Source: Acidobacteriota bacterium (GTDB taxonomy: Bacteria > Acidobacteriota > Thermoanaerobaculia > UBA5066). Taken from it: a stretch of DNA of 64,000 nucleotides. The position numbers were made by a program, and so were the translations under genes. The DNA is taken from the NCBI GenBank assembly GCA_029781975.1, contig JAKOVQ010000014.1:283864-347863 (forward strand), read 5' to 3'. Shown in pieces: positions 44,451 to 53,957 of the stretch. Within the stretch, counting starts at the first letter, position 1. Every line of letters starts with the position of its first letter. Below the pieces are notes generated by a model, which saw nothing but the letters and a program-made list of their open reading frames with translations, had not been told where the DNA came from and made no database searches.

Positions 44451-46178
44451 ATGCCGCTTCCCCTCTCCGCCTTCGTCGACGCCGCGCGAGGGTCCGTCCC
44501 GGCCGACCTCGTCCTGAAGAACGCCCGGGTGGTAAACGTCCTGACGGGCGAGGTCCACGACGGGACGATCGGCGTGAAGGGGGACCGGATCCTCGGGATC
44601 GGCCCGTACCGGGCCGCACGCTCCGAGGACGAGGTGGACCTCGCGGGCGCGTTCGTCGCGCCGGCCCTGTGGGACGCCCACATCCACGTGGAGTCGACCA
44701 TGGCGACGCCGCCGGAGTTCGCCCGCCTCGCGGCCGCGCACGGGACGGCCGCGGTCGTCACCGACCCGCACGAGATCGCGAACGTCCGGGGCGCCTCGGG
44801 CCTCGACGACTTCCTGGCCAGCGCGGCGGGCCTCCCCGTCGAGGTCCACGTCATGCTCCCCTCGTGCGTCCCCTCGACCCACCTCGAGACCGCCGGGGCG
44901 TCGCTCTCCGCCGCCGACCTCGCGCCGTTCTACGGCCGCCCCGGGATCCTCGGCCTCGCGGAGATGATGAACGTCCCCGGGTTCCTCCTCGGCGACCCGG
45001 CCGTCCGGGCCAAGGTGGAGGAGGCGGCTGCGCGCGGCCTGCCGGTCGACGGGCACGCGCCCCTCCTCACCGGCCTCGACCTGAACGCCTACGTCGGCGC
45101 GGGGATCCGGACCGACCACGAGTGCCTCGGCGCGGCCGAGGCGCTCGAGAAGGTGCGCCGCGGCATGTCGATCTGGATCCGCGAGGGGACGGCGGCGAAG
45201 AACCTCGACGACCTCCTCCCGCTCGTCACCGCCGCCAGCAGCGAGCGCTTCGCCTTCGCCACCGACGAACGGCACCCGTGGGACCTCCTGGCGCACGGGC
45301 ACGTCGACCACCACGTCAGGCGCGCGATCGCCCTCGGGCTCGACCCGGTCCTCGCGATCCGGCTCGCGTCCTACTCCTGCGCCCGCCACTACGGCTTCCG
45401 CGACCGGGGCGCCGTCGCCCCCGGCTTCCGCGCCGACATCCTGACCTTCGAGAGCCTCGACGACTTCCGCCCCGACCTCGTCGTCCTCGGGGGACGCCGC
45501 GTCGCCCGCGGCGGGGAGCTCCTCGTCGACGTCCCTTCGCGCGGCATCGCCGAGGGGCCCGCGTTCCGCGTCGACGGCTTCGACCGGACGCGCCTCGCGC
45601 TCCCCGCCTCCCCCGGCGCCCGCGTCCGCGTGATCGAGGTCCGCGCGGGGTCGCTCGCGACCGGGGCCGGGAGCGAGCCGGCTCGCGTCGTCGGCGGCTC
45701 CGCCTCGGCCGACCCGGACAGCGACCTCGCCAAGCTCGCCGTCGTCGAGCGCCACCGGGGGACGGGAAACGTCGGCGTCGCGTTCGCGCGCGGCTTCGGC
45801 CTCGCCCGCGGCGCGATCGCGTCCTCCGTGGCCCACGACTCCCACAACGTCGTCGTCGTCGGCTGCGACGACGCCTCCATGGAGACGGCGGTGCGGCGCG
45901 CCGCGTCCCTCCGCGGCGGCATCGTCGTGGCCGACGGTCCCGAGGTCCTCGCCGAGGTCTCGCTGCCGGTGGCGGGGCTCATGGCCAACCGCTCCCTCGC
46001 CGAGCTCGACGCGGCGGAGCGGAAGGCGAACGACGCGGCGCACGCGCTCGGGACGGCGATCGACCACCCCTTCATGACGCTGGCGTTCCTCGCGCTCCCG
46101 GTCATCCCCGAGCTGAAGCTGACGGACCGGGGGCTCGTCGACGTCGCCCGCTTCGACTTCGTCCCGGCCGTCGTCTGA
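44451..46178 (+). CDS. ade: adenine deaminase
   Basis: ATG 44451 (SD GGAGGAGG) in frame of ORF 41241..46178; amidohydrolase HxH metal motif (WDAHIHVEST); adenine-deaminase C-terminal domain. Confidence 0.85.
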   Translation: MPLPLSAFVDAARGSVPADLVLKNARVVNVLTGEVHDGTIGVKGDRILGIGPYRAARSEDEVDLAGAFVAPALWDAHIHVESTMATPPEFARLAAAHGTAAVVTDPHEIANVRGASGLDDFLASAAGLPVEVHVMLPSCVPSTHLETAGASLSAADLAPFYGRPGILGLAEMMNVPGFLLGDPAVRAKVEEAAARGLPVDGHAPLLTGLDLNAYVGAGIRTDHECLGAAEALEKVRRGMSIWIREGTAAKNLDDLLPLVTAASSERFAFATDERHPWDLLAHGHVDHHVRRAIALGLDPVLAIRLASYSCARHYGFRDRGAVAPGFRADILTFESLDDFRPDLVVLGGRRVARGGELLVDVPSRGIAEGPAFRVDGFDRTRLALPASPGARVRVIEVRAGSLATGAGSEPARVVGGSASADPDSDLAKLAVVERHRGTGNVGVAFARGFGLARGAIASSVAHDSHNVVVVGCDDASMETAVRRAASLRGGIVVADGPEVLAEVSLPVAGLMANRSLAELDAAERKANDAAHALGTAIDHPFMTLAFLALPVIPELKLTDRGLVDVARFDFVPAVV

Positions 46179-46245
46179 GGAGCGTCCTCGCCGGCGCTCC
46201 CTCTCGCGCGTCCCGCGGGCGGCCGCGGGGTGAGAATGGAGGGCC

Positions 46246-46800
46246 ATGAAGCCGGTCCCCCCGCTCCGCCGTCTCGCCGTCCCGCTCCTCGCCGTCGTGG
46301 CGCTCGCCTCGCAGGCCGCCGCCACGGCGTGCCGCCGCGCCCCGGACTCGTCGCGTCCCGTCGCCGACTCGCGGACCGTCAGGACCTTCGGCCCCGCCGA
46401 CGTCCCCATCACCCGCACCGGCGTCGTCGCCGACGACGGCGGGTTCAAGGTCGACGCCCCCGCCGTCGGCTCCGTCCGCCTCTGGGAGGTCCCCGGCGAC
46501 GCCCTGTGCGACTCGTGCGCCCTCTTCTTCCGGGCCGACCTCCGGGGCGAGAAGCTCCAGGGGCCCGCGATCCTCGAGATGTGGGTCCGGATCCCCGGCA
46601 GGGGGGAGTTCTTCTCGAAGGGCTTCTCCGACCCGGTGACCGGGACGACGGGCTGGGCGTCGCACGAGGTGCCGTTCATGCTCCGGCCCGGCGAGAAGCC
46701 GGACCTCGTCAAGCTGAACGTCGCCTTCGGCGGACCCGGCGGGTCGCTCTGGATCAAGGACGCCCAGCTGCGGGTCGCGCCCCTCGCCGGTGCCCCGTAG
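46246..46800 (+). CDS. hypothetical secreted protein with N-terminal signal peptide ending at a Cys (ATAC) that loosely resembles a lipobox
   Basis: 184-aa ORF with N-terminal signal (LAVPLLAVVALASQAAATAC). Confidence 0.45.
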   Translation: MKPVPPLRRLAVPLLAVVALASQAAATACRRAPDSSRPVADSRTVRTFGPADVPITRTGVVADDGGFKVDAPAVGSVRLWEVPGDALCDSCALFFRADLRGEKLQGPAILEMWVRIPGRGEFFSKGFSDPVTGTTGWASHEVPFMLRPGEKPDLVKLNVAFGGPGGSLWIKDAQLRVAPLAGAP

Positions 46801-46902
46801 CCTCCAGAAAGCCCACGACGGCTCCGCGTCCCGCCCACGAATGAACGCGGCCGGCCTTCCGGCCGGCCGCGTACCCCCTCGCGGGTCTGGAGACTTCGTT
46901 CC

Positions 46903-47775
46903 TCAGCGCGGGCAGTTCGGGCCCGTCCCGTCGCCCGGACCGTACCCGGCCCCCGCGCCGGCGCCCATCCCGCGGCCCCAACCGCCGCGCCCGCCCGATC
47001 CACGCCCGCCGCGCCCCGCACCCGTGCAGGTGCCCGCGGCGCCGGCGAGGGCCTGGCCGTTCTCGTCGTACACCACCCGGCGCTCGTGCGCGGCGGCGAC
47101 GATCGCGTCGACCTCGGCCTGCGAGAGGTACTGCGCCGCGTACGAGGACCCGTTCACCGCCAGCTGCGCGGAGAACGCGCGCAGGTGGTTCCTCGAGCCC
47201 TTCGCCAGGTTCTGGAAGACGGCCTTCACGTCGCGGTTGTCGGCCGCGGCGAGCTCGCGCTTCAGGTCGGAGAGGTCGACGTCCTCGATCGTCGCCCCGA
47301 CCTGCAGGGCGTCAGCCACCGAGGCCTTCCCCTTCTCGACGAGCGACGCGTAGAGCGCGGCCAGACGGGCGTCCTTGAACTCCCCCGGCTTCGTGGTGGC
47401 TGCCGGGTCCTCGATGCCGTACCGGTCGACCAGGAGCTTCACCTCGTCCATGTGCTGCTGCTCGGCCTGCGCGATCCGCGCGAAAGCCCCGACGCGCCAG
47501 GTGGCCCACAGGACGTCGTAGACGTCCCTCGCCAGCTTCTCCTCCTCCCTCATGTACGCGATGCTCGCGCTCTCGGCCGCGCTCAGCGTCTCCAGCGGGA
47601 GCGACGCGACGTAGGTCCCCAGCGGCGAGGTGGCGGCCGCGCCCGGCGCGCCCGTCCTGCCGGGCTGGCCGCCCCCGGCGGCGCCCCCGCGCGGCCCCCT
47701 CTGGGCAACGACCGGGCTGGCAAAGAGAACGACGGCGGCGAGAGCCGCCACGCCGGTTGCAAAGGTCTTGTTCAT
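46903..47775 (-). CDS. DUF2202 (ferritin-like) domain protein with signal peptide and Gly-rich C-terminus
   Basis: 290-aa ORF; ferritin-like helical pairs with E...H ligands (AQAEQQHMDE, SRNHLRAF). Confidence 0.65.
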   Translation of the reverse strand: MNKTFATGVAALAAVVLFASPVVAQRGPRGGAAGGGQPGRTGAPGAAATSPLGTYVASLPLETLSAAESASIAYMREEEKLARDVYDVLWATWRVGAFARIAQAEQQHMDEVKLLVDRYGIEDPAATTKPGEFKDARLAALYASLVEKGKASVADALQVGATIEDVDLSDLKRELAAADNRDVKAVFQNLAKGSRNHLRAFSAQLAVNGSSYAAQYLSQAEVDAIVAAAHERRVVYDENGQALAGAAGTCTGAGRGGRGSGGRGGWGRGMGAGAGAGYGPGDGTGPNCPR

Positions 47776-48436
47776 GGCGGTATTCCTTTCGATGAGATCG
47801 GCGGGTCCGATCCGCCGTCACCCTTCGGGAACTCAAGCGCCGTGCCGCTCCGCCCGCGTCCCCCCGCGCTCGCCCAAGACCTTTTCCCCCAACGGGTTCC
47901 GTGCAAATGCCCCCCCCACCCGCCCCCGTCCGACCTGCAGAGCTCCGTGCACCCCCTGCAAGCCCTGCAGGCAATGGCGACATCGCGCCCGTCGGTCGCC
48001 TCGATCTCTCCCCTCATACGGATGCACCCCGACCCGCTCTCTGCACCGTCCCTCAGAAACAGGGTGCCTCGTCTCCCGGTCTCGCGCCCGGGGGGCGCGA
48101 GAGGCGGGCGGCGGATGCCCTTGCGCGAGTCCGTCCGAGCACGGGCCGGGACCCGCTCGCCCGGGGACCCGCCCCCGGAGGACCAGGCGGGCCTGCTGTC
48201 TGAGCGAAGCGAGTTCAGGTCCGCCCCGGAGGGGGTGGGGCTCCGGGCGCCAGCGGGTGGCCCGCGCGCAGCGGACCGCGCAGGGGAGTCCGTCGCCCGC
48301 CCCCCCGAGCTCGCACGGTTGACCCCGCCGGATCACGGATCACAGACCTGACCCCCGGGTTTCCCCCGGGTTTGACGGGCCCTCGGGCCCGACCCCCGGG
48401 CCCGGGGTCCCCCGGGCCCGCGCCGTGGTCAGGAAG
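47776..48436 (-). other. about 660-bp noncoding region (S9 peptidase 3' end / DUF2202 5' leader) with multiple GC hairpins, an 11-bp tandem direct repeat and GGGCCC palindromes
   Basis: No convincing ORF; CCTGCAG-N24-CTGCAGG and GGCGAC-N13-GTCGCC stems; cccccgggttt x2 at about 48351-48372; several GGGCCC/CCCGGG palindromes up to 48425. Confidence 0.5.
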
Positions 48437-50533
48437 TCACTTCTTGAGCCACTGGTCGAGCCAGCCGAGGACGGTCTGGTGCCAGAGGATCGAGTTGGCC
48501 GGCTTGAGGACGAAGTGGTTCTCGTCCGGGAAGATGAGGAGCTTCGATGGGATGCCGCGGCGCTGGAGGGCGGTGAAGACCGAGATCCCCTGCGCGTAGA
48601 CGACGCGGAAGTCCTTCATGCCGTGGACCACGAGCGTCGGCGTCTTCCAGTTCTTCACGTAGTCGATCGGGTTGTGCTTCCCGTACGTCGACTTCGGGTC
48701 CCACGGCACGCCGCCGTGCTCCCACTCGGGGAACCAGAGCTCCTCGGTGTCGTAGTAGGCCATCCGCTCGTCGAGGTTGCCGTCGTGGACGACGAGGCAC
48801 TTGAAGCGGTCGGTCTGGCCGTGGAGCCAGTTGATCATGTAGCCGCCGTACGAGGCGCCGAGGGCGCCGACCCGCGTGGCGTCGAGGAAGGGGTACTTCT
48901 TCAGCGCGAAGTCGAGTCCCTTCATCAGGTCCTCGTAGGGCGCCCCGCCCCAGTCCCCGTTGATGGCGTCGGTGAACGCCTGCCCGTATCCCGTCGAGCC
49001 GTGGAAGTCGACCATCACGGCGGCGTAGCCCGCGCCCGCGTAGGCCTGCGGGTTCCAGCGGTAGTGGAAGTCGTTCCCGAACATCCCCTGCGGGCCGCCG
49101 TGGATCATGAACGCGACGGGGTACTTCTTCGCGGCGTCGAAGTCGATCGGCTTGACGATGTACCCCTCGACCCTGTCTCCGTGGGCGCCGGTGAACGAGA
49201 AGCGTTCCGGCGTGCCGAACCGGGCGGCGGCGACCTTCGCGTCGTTCAGGCCGGTCAGCTTGACGGGCGCGCCCCCCTTCGCCGCCACGGCGTAGAGCTC
49301 CGCCGGGCCGAGGAGGGAGTTCATCGAGTAGAGGACCCGGTCCAGGCCGAGGAGGCGCGGGCTGTCGATCGTCCCCTCCCCCACCACGATCCGCGCCTTG
49401 CCGCTCGCCACGTCGACGGCGAAGAGCGCCTTCTGGCCGAGGTGGTCGGCGGTGGCGTAGAGCTCCTTGCCGTCGGCGGACCAGAGGAACTCGGAGGGCG
49501 AGCGGTCGTCGAACTTCCCGGGCCCGAGCCTCAGGTCGACCTTCCTCTCCTTGCCGGTCGCCAGGTCGCGCAGGACGAAGGCGAACCGGTCGGCCTCGTA
49601 CCCGGGGCGGCTCATGGCGAGGTAGGCGAGCGTCTTCCCGTCCGGCGAGAAGCGGGGGAACGCGTCCCAGGCCGGGTTCGTCGTCAGCTTCCTCGGCGCC
49701 GCCGACCCGTCGACGGGCGCCTCGAAGAGGTCGAAGTTGGTCGACCATGCCTCCTCGCGCCCGGCGTCGCGGGCGCCGAAGACGACCGACCGGCCGTCCG
49801 GCGACACCACCGCCTCGTCGAGGCTTCCGAACGGCCTCGACGGGCAGTCCGCATCCATCTGCTTCATGACGTCGACGGCGGCGCCCGACGGCCGGCCGTC
49901 GGGGCCCAGCGGGAGGACGAAGACGTGGTTGCGCGTCCCATCGCTCCAGGTGTCCCAGTGCCTCACGAAGAGGTGGTCGAAGAGCATCCCCGAGGCCTGC
50001 TGCTTCTCCTTCTCGACCGCGATCGCCTTCGTCTCGGCCGGCGTCTTGCCGGGGACGACGGCCATCGCCAGGACGAGGGCCTTGCCGCCGGGTGCGACCT
50101 CGACCCCGTCGACGTCGAGCGGCTCGTCCGTCACCCTCTCGGCCTCGCCGCCGGAGAGCGACAGGCGCCAGACCTGGGAGGAGCCGGAGCGGGTCGAGAG
50201 GAAGTAGAGGCTCCTGCCGTCCGGGGCCCAGCGGGCGTTCGTGTCGTTCGCCTCGCTGGTGGTCAGGCGCCTCGTGGCCTTCGTCGCCACGTCGAGGAGC
50301 CAGACGTCGGTCCGCCCCTTGTTGGCGGCGAGGTCGGTCACGCGGACGGTGAAGGCGACCTTCGAGCCGTCGGGCGAGACCTGCGGGTCGGAGACCCGGT
50401 CCATCGCGAGCATGTCGTGGACCGAGAACGGGTGCGTTTCGACGGCGGGGGCCGGGAGCGCGAGAGCGGCTGCCGCAAGCGTCGCGAGCGCCGGCACGAG
50501 GAGGGAGAGGCGGAAGGGACGGGCACGGAGCAT
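48437..50533 (-). CDS. S9-family serine peptidase (prolyl oligopeptidase/dipeptidyl aminopeptidase-like) with N-terminal beta-propeller
   Basis: ATG 50533 in frame of ORF 48437..51304; signal peptide; GASYGG nucleophile motif, D and H of the triad (VVHDGN..., DENHFV). Confidence 0.85.
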   Translation of the reverse strand: MLRARPFRLSLLVPALATLAAAALALPAPAVETHPFSVHDMLAMDRVSDPQVSPDGSKVAFTVRVTDLAANKGRTDVWLLDVATKATRRLTTSEANDTNARWAPDGRSLYFLSTRSGSSQVWRLSLSGGEAERVTDEPLDVDGVEVAPGGKALVLAMAVVPGKTPAETKAIAVEKEKQQASGMLFDHLFVRHWDTWSDGTRNHVFVLPLGPDGRPSGAAVDVMKQMDADCPSRPFGSLDEAVVSPDGRSVVFGARDAGREEAWSTNFDLFEAPVDGSAAPRKLTTNPAWDAFPRFSPDGKTLAYLAMSRPGYEADRFAFVLRDLATGKERKVDLRLGPGKFDDRSPSEFLWSADGKELYATADHLGQKALFAVDVASGKARIVVGEGTIDSPRLLGLDRVLYSMNSLLGPAELYAVAAKGGAPVKLTGLNDAKVAAARFGTPERFSFTGAHGDRVEGYIVKPIDFDAAKKYPVAFMIHGGPQGMFGNDFHYRWNPQAYAGAGYAAVMVDFHGSTGYGQAFTDAINGDWGGAPYEDLMKGLDFALKKYPFLDATRVGALGASYGGYMINWLHGQTDRFKCLVVHDGNLDERMAYYDTEELWFPEWEHGGVPWDPKSTYGKHNPIDYVKNWKTPTLVVHGMKDFRVVYAQGISVFTALQRRGIPSKLLIFPDENHFVLKPANSILWHQTVLGWLDQWLKK

Positions 50534-50607
50534 GGGCGAATCGTATCGCGGCGCCCGGCCGAGCGCCGCCTCGCCCCAGCCGCTAAGATCGGCCGGCGAG
50601 GTGAGTC

Positions 50608-51508
50608 GATGAAGGGGATCATCCTGGCCGGCGGATCGGGGACGCGCCTCTGGCCCCTGACCCGGGCCGTGAGCAAGCAGCTCGTCCCGGTCTACGACAA
50701 GCCGATGGTCTACTACCCGCTCTCGACCCTGATGCTCGCCGGGATCCGGGACGTCCTGGTGATCACGACCCCCCACGAGCAGGACGGTTTCCGGCGCCTC
50801 CTCGGCGACGGGTCGCCCCTGGGGATGCGGATCTCCTACGCCGTCCAGCCGAGCCCCGACGGGCTCGCGCAGGCGTTCCTGATCGGCCGCGACTTCGTCG
50901 GGAAGGACCGGGCCGCCCTCGCCCTCGGCGACAACATCTTCTACGGCCACGGGTTCCCCGAGTCGCTCCAGCGGGCCGCAGCCCGGCACACCGGGGCCAC
51001 GGTCTTCGCGTACCGGGTGAGGGACCCGGAGCGGTACGGCGTCGTGGAGTTCGACGGCGACGGCCGCGCGGTGAGCATCGAGGAGAAGCCGGCGCGCCCC
51101 CGCTCGCACTACGCGGTCACGGGCCTCTACTTCTACGACAACGACGTCCTCGAGATCGCCGCGTCGCTGAGGCCGTCGCCGCGCGGCGAGCTCGAGATCA
51201 CCGACCTCAATCGCGTCTACCTCGAGCGCGGGGCCCTCTCGGTGGAGCTGCTCGGGCGCGGGATCGCCTGGCTCGACACGGGGACGCACGAGTCGCTCCT
51301 CCACGCCTCGAACTTCATCCAGGCGATCGAGGACCGGCAGGGGCTCAAGGTCGCCTGCCTCGAGGAGGTCGCCTACCGGATGGGCTACATCGGGCCGGAA
51401 GCCGTCCGCGCCCTGGCCACGCCGATGGCGAAGAACGAGTACGGCCGGTACCTCCTCCGCCTCCTCGAGGAGGAGGACGACCTCCCGCGGCGGCGGGACG
51501 AGGCCTGA
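50608..51508 (+). CDS. rfbA: glucose-1-phosphate thymidylyltransferase
   Basis: Starts [18 protein letters not shown]; RmlA signature throughout. Confidence 0.85.
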
Positions 51509-51509
51509 C

Positions 51510-53072
51510 GTGGCCCCGCTCCTCCTGACCGACGCCGACCGCGCCCAGCTCGCCGCTCTCGGGATCTCCGAGGCGGAGGTCGAGCGGCAGATCAGGCTCT
51601 TCCGGAACCCGCCCCCCTGCGTGAAGCTCGTCCGGCCCTGCCGCGTCGGCGACGGCGTCCACCGCCTGCCCGAGGACGAGCACGAGGCCCTCGGGAGGCT
51701 GCACGACGAGGCCGCCCGGACCGGGCGCCTCTCGAAGCTCGTCCCCGCGTCCGGCGCGGCGAGCCGGATGTTCCAGAGCCTCGCCCGCTACCTGAGCGAG
51801 GACGTCTCCACCCCCTGGGAGGAGGTGAGGGCGCGCGCCGCGGCCGGTGAGAAGCCGGCCGGCGAGGTCGTCCGCTTCGTCGAGGGGCTTCGGAAGCTCC
51901 CGTTCCGCGAGGAGCTCCGGCGCGCGGCGGGGGAGGAGGCCTGGGCCGCGCCCGGGCCGTCCTTCCGGACGCTGATCCGGGCGCTCGTCTCCGGGGAGGG
52001 GCTCGGCTACGCGGAGCTCCCCAAGGCCCTGATCCCGTTCCACGAGGAGGAGGAGGGGACGAGGACCCCGTTCGAGGAGCACCTCGTCGAGGCGGGGCTG
52101 ACCGTCCGCGACGGGTCGGGGCGCTGCCGCGTCCACTTCACCGTCCCCGAGGCCAGCCGGGGCGCGTTCGAGGAGCTCCTCTCCCGCCACGGGCGGCGGC
52201 TCGAGGAGCGGCTCCACGCGCGCTTCGACGTCTCCTTCTCCGTCCAGGAGCGCGCCACCGACACCGTCGCGGTCGACCTCGACGACAGCCCGTTCCGGTC
52301 CGACGACGGGACGATCCTCTTCCGCCCGGGCGGGCACGGCGCGCTCCTCGCGAACCTCGGACGGCTCGCGGAGCTCGGCGCGGACCTCGTCTACCTGAAG
52401 AACGTCGACAACGTCGTCCCGGACGCGCGGAAGGGGCCGACGCTCCTCTGGAAGAGGCTCCTCGCCGGGCACCTGGTGAGGCTCGAGCGCCACGTCGGCC
52501 GGCTCCGCGAGGAGCTGGCCCGGGCCCCGTTCGACCCCGCCGTCGCCGGCGAGGCCGAGTCGCTCCTGACGCAGGAGCTCGGGGTCCCCGAGGCTGCGGG
52601 GCTCCCGCCCGCCGGCCGCGCCGAGCGGCTGCGCGACCTCCTCGACCGGCCGCTCCGGGTCTGCGGCGTCGTCCGCAACCAGGGCGAGCCCGGCGGCGGA
52701 CCGTTCTGGGTCGAGGACTCCTCCGGACGCGTCTCCCCGCAGATCGTCGAGGGCTCCCAGGTCGACCGGAGCTCGGAGAGCCAGCGGCTCATCTGGGAGT
52801 CGTCGACCCACTTCAACCCCGTGGACCTCGTCCTGAAGCTGCGCGGAGCCGGCGGAAAGCCGTACGACCTCGAGCGGTACGTCGACCAGGAGACCGTCTT
52901 CGTCTCGCGGAAGTCGAAGGACGGGCGCGAGCTGAAGGCCCTCGAGCGGCCCGGCCTCTGGAACGGCGCGATGGCCGGCTGGCTGACCGTCTTCGTCGAG
53001 GTGCCGATCGAGACGTTCGCCCCGGTGAAGACGGTCCTCGACCTCCTCCGGCCGGAGCACCAGCCGGGCTGA
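51510..53072 (+). CDS. DUF4301-like protein with nucleotidyltransferase-like motif (LVPASGAASRMF), coupled to rfbA
   Basis: GTG start 1 nt after rfbA stop; 520 aa; family assignment from memory and uncertain. Confidence 0.5.
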   Translation: MAPLLLTDADRAQLAALGISEAEVERQIRLFRNPPPCVKLVRPCRVGDGVHRLPEDEHEALGRLHDEAARTGRLSKLVPASGAASRMFQSLARYLSEDVSTPWEEVRARAAAGEKPAGEVVRFVEGLRKLPFREELRRAAGEEAWAAPGPSFRTLIRALVSGEGLGYAELPKALIPFHEEEEGTRTPFEEHLVEAGLTVRDGSGRCRVHFTVPEASRGAFEELLSRHGRRLEERLHARFDVSFSVQERATDTVAVDLDDSPFRSDDGTILFRPGGHGALLANLGRLAELGADLVYLKNVDNVVPDARKGPTLLWKRLLAGHLVRLERHVGRLREELARAPFDPAVAGEAESLLTQELGVPEAAGLPPAGRAERLRDLLDRPLRVCGVVRNQGEPGGGPFWVEDSSGRVSPQIVEGSQVDRSSESQRLIWESSTHFNPVDLVLKLRGAGGKPYDLERYVDQETVFVSRKSKDGRELKALERPGLWNGAMAGWLTVFVEVPIETFAPVKTVLDLLRPEHQPG

Positions 53073-53081
53073 TCCACCCGC

Positions 53082-53957
53082 TCAGGGCGGCCCGGGGGCT
53101 CCGCCGGAAGGGGGCGAAGGGGCCGTCCCTCCGGCGGGACGAGGCGGCACGGCGGCGGGCGTCGGGCCCGGCGAGCGGGATGGGGCCCCGGCGCCCGTCG
53201 GTCCGAACCGGAGCTCCTCGCCCCGGCGCTCCCGCTCGGTGCAGGGGAAGCCGAAGGTGGCGTCGAACGGGCACCCGCGGACCCGCTCGCCGAGACGGGG
53301 AGGGACGGGGGAGTCCCGGAACGCGACGGGGTCGAGGAACGCCAGGAAGTCGTCCGTGTAGAGCTCGAAGTCCTTCGACAGGGGGAAGACCACCGCCAGG
53401 GCGCGCAGGCTCCCGAGGAGCTTCGGCGAGGCGATCGCGCGCGCCCGCTCCGAGAGCTGCGCCCCGCGCTCTCCGGAGAACGCCGACAGCGCCGCCGCGA
53501 GGCGTCCCCGGCTCCCCTCGAGGACGACGCACGCGTCGGGCGCGGCGACCCGCGCGCACTCCGGAGGCTTCGCGGGCCCCGCGACCGGTCCCCAGGCGAG
53601 CGTCCTCGAGAGGGTCTCCCCGGACGCGACGTCCCGGATCGACTCGAACGTCTCCCTGCCGTCGGGCGGCTGACGCGAGACCAGCTCGAACCTCCCCGCG
53701 GCCGCGTCGACGAGGAGACGCGTCTCGTCTCCCCCCTCGCTCCGGACGAAGAGGACCGAGTACGCGAGGCGGGGCTCGCCGTCGAAGACGAAGTGCCAGC
53801 GCCCCCGCGGCGGCTCTCCCGCCGTCGCGAGGGCCGGCACCCCCACCGACGCGGCGGCCAGGACGAGCGCCGCGAGGGCACGACGCCCTCCCGCGAGCCC
53901 CGTCAGACGATCCCCGGGACCCAGACCTTCTCCGAGACGAACGTCTCGACCAGCCAC
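53082..53957 (-). CDS. hypothetical secreted protein with Pro-rich C-terminus; annotated start overlaps the HD-GYP gene end by about 55 nt, so the true start may be internal
   Basis: 291-aa ORF with signal-like hydrophobic stretch LAALVLAAASVGVPALATAG; non-Arg-rich composition unlike the antisense artefacts. Confidence 0.35.
   Translation of the reverse strand: MAGRDVRLGEGLGPGDRLTGLAGGRRALAALVLAAASVGVPALATAGEPPRGRWHFVFDGEPRLAYSVLFVRSEGGDETRLLVDAAAGRFELVSRQPPDGRETFESIRDVASGETLSRTLAWGPVAGPAKPPECARVAAPDACVVLEGSRGRLAAALSAFSGERGAQLSERARAIASPKLLGSLRALAVVFPLSKDFELYTDDFLAFLDPVAFRDSPVPPRLGERVRGCPFDATFGFPCTERERRGEELRFGPTGAGAPSRSPGPTPAAVPPRPAGGTAPSPPSGGAPGPP

Noticed and set aside
36869-46178. Giant ORFs 36869..40720 (-), 37891..41511 (+), 41241..46178 (+), 44433..47021 (-)
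   Set aside because: Arg/Gly-rich antisense or read-through frames overlapping the GT2, propeller, KefB, OMP and ade genes.
48348-48425. GGGCCC/CCCGGG palindromes and cccccgggttt direct repeat, considered as a mobile-element end or restriction-site cluster
   Set aside because: No transposase, no target-site duplication, single copy in the window; more simply a compound terminator after the S9 peptidase.
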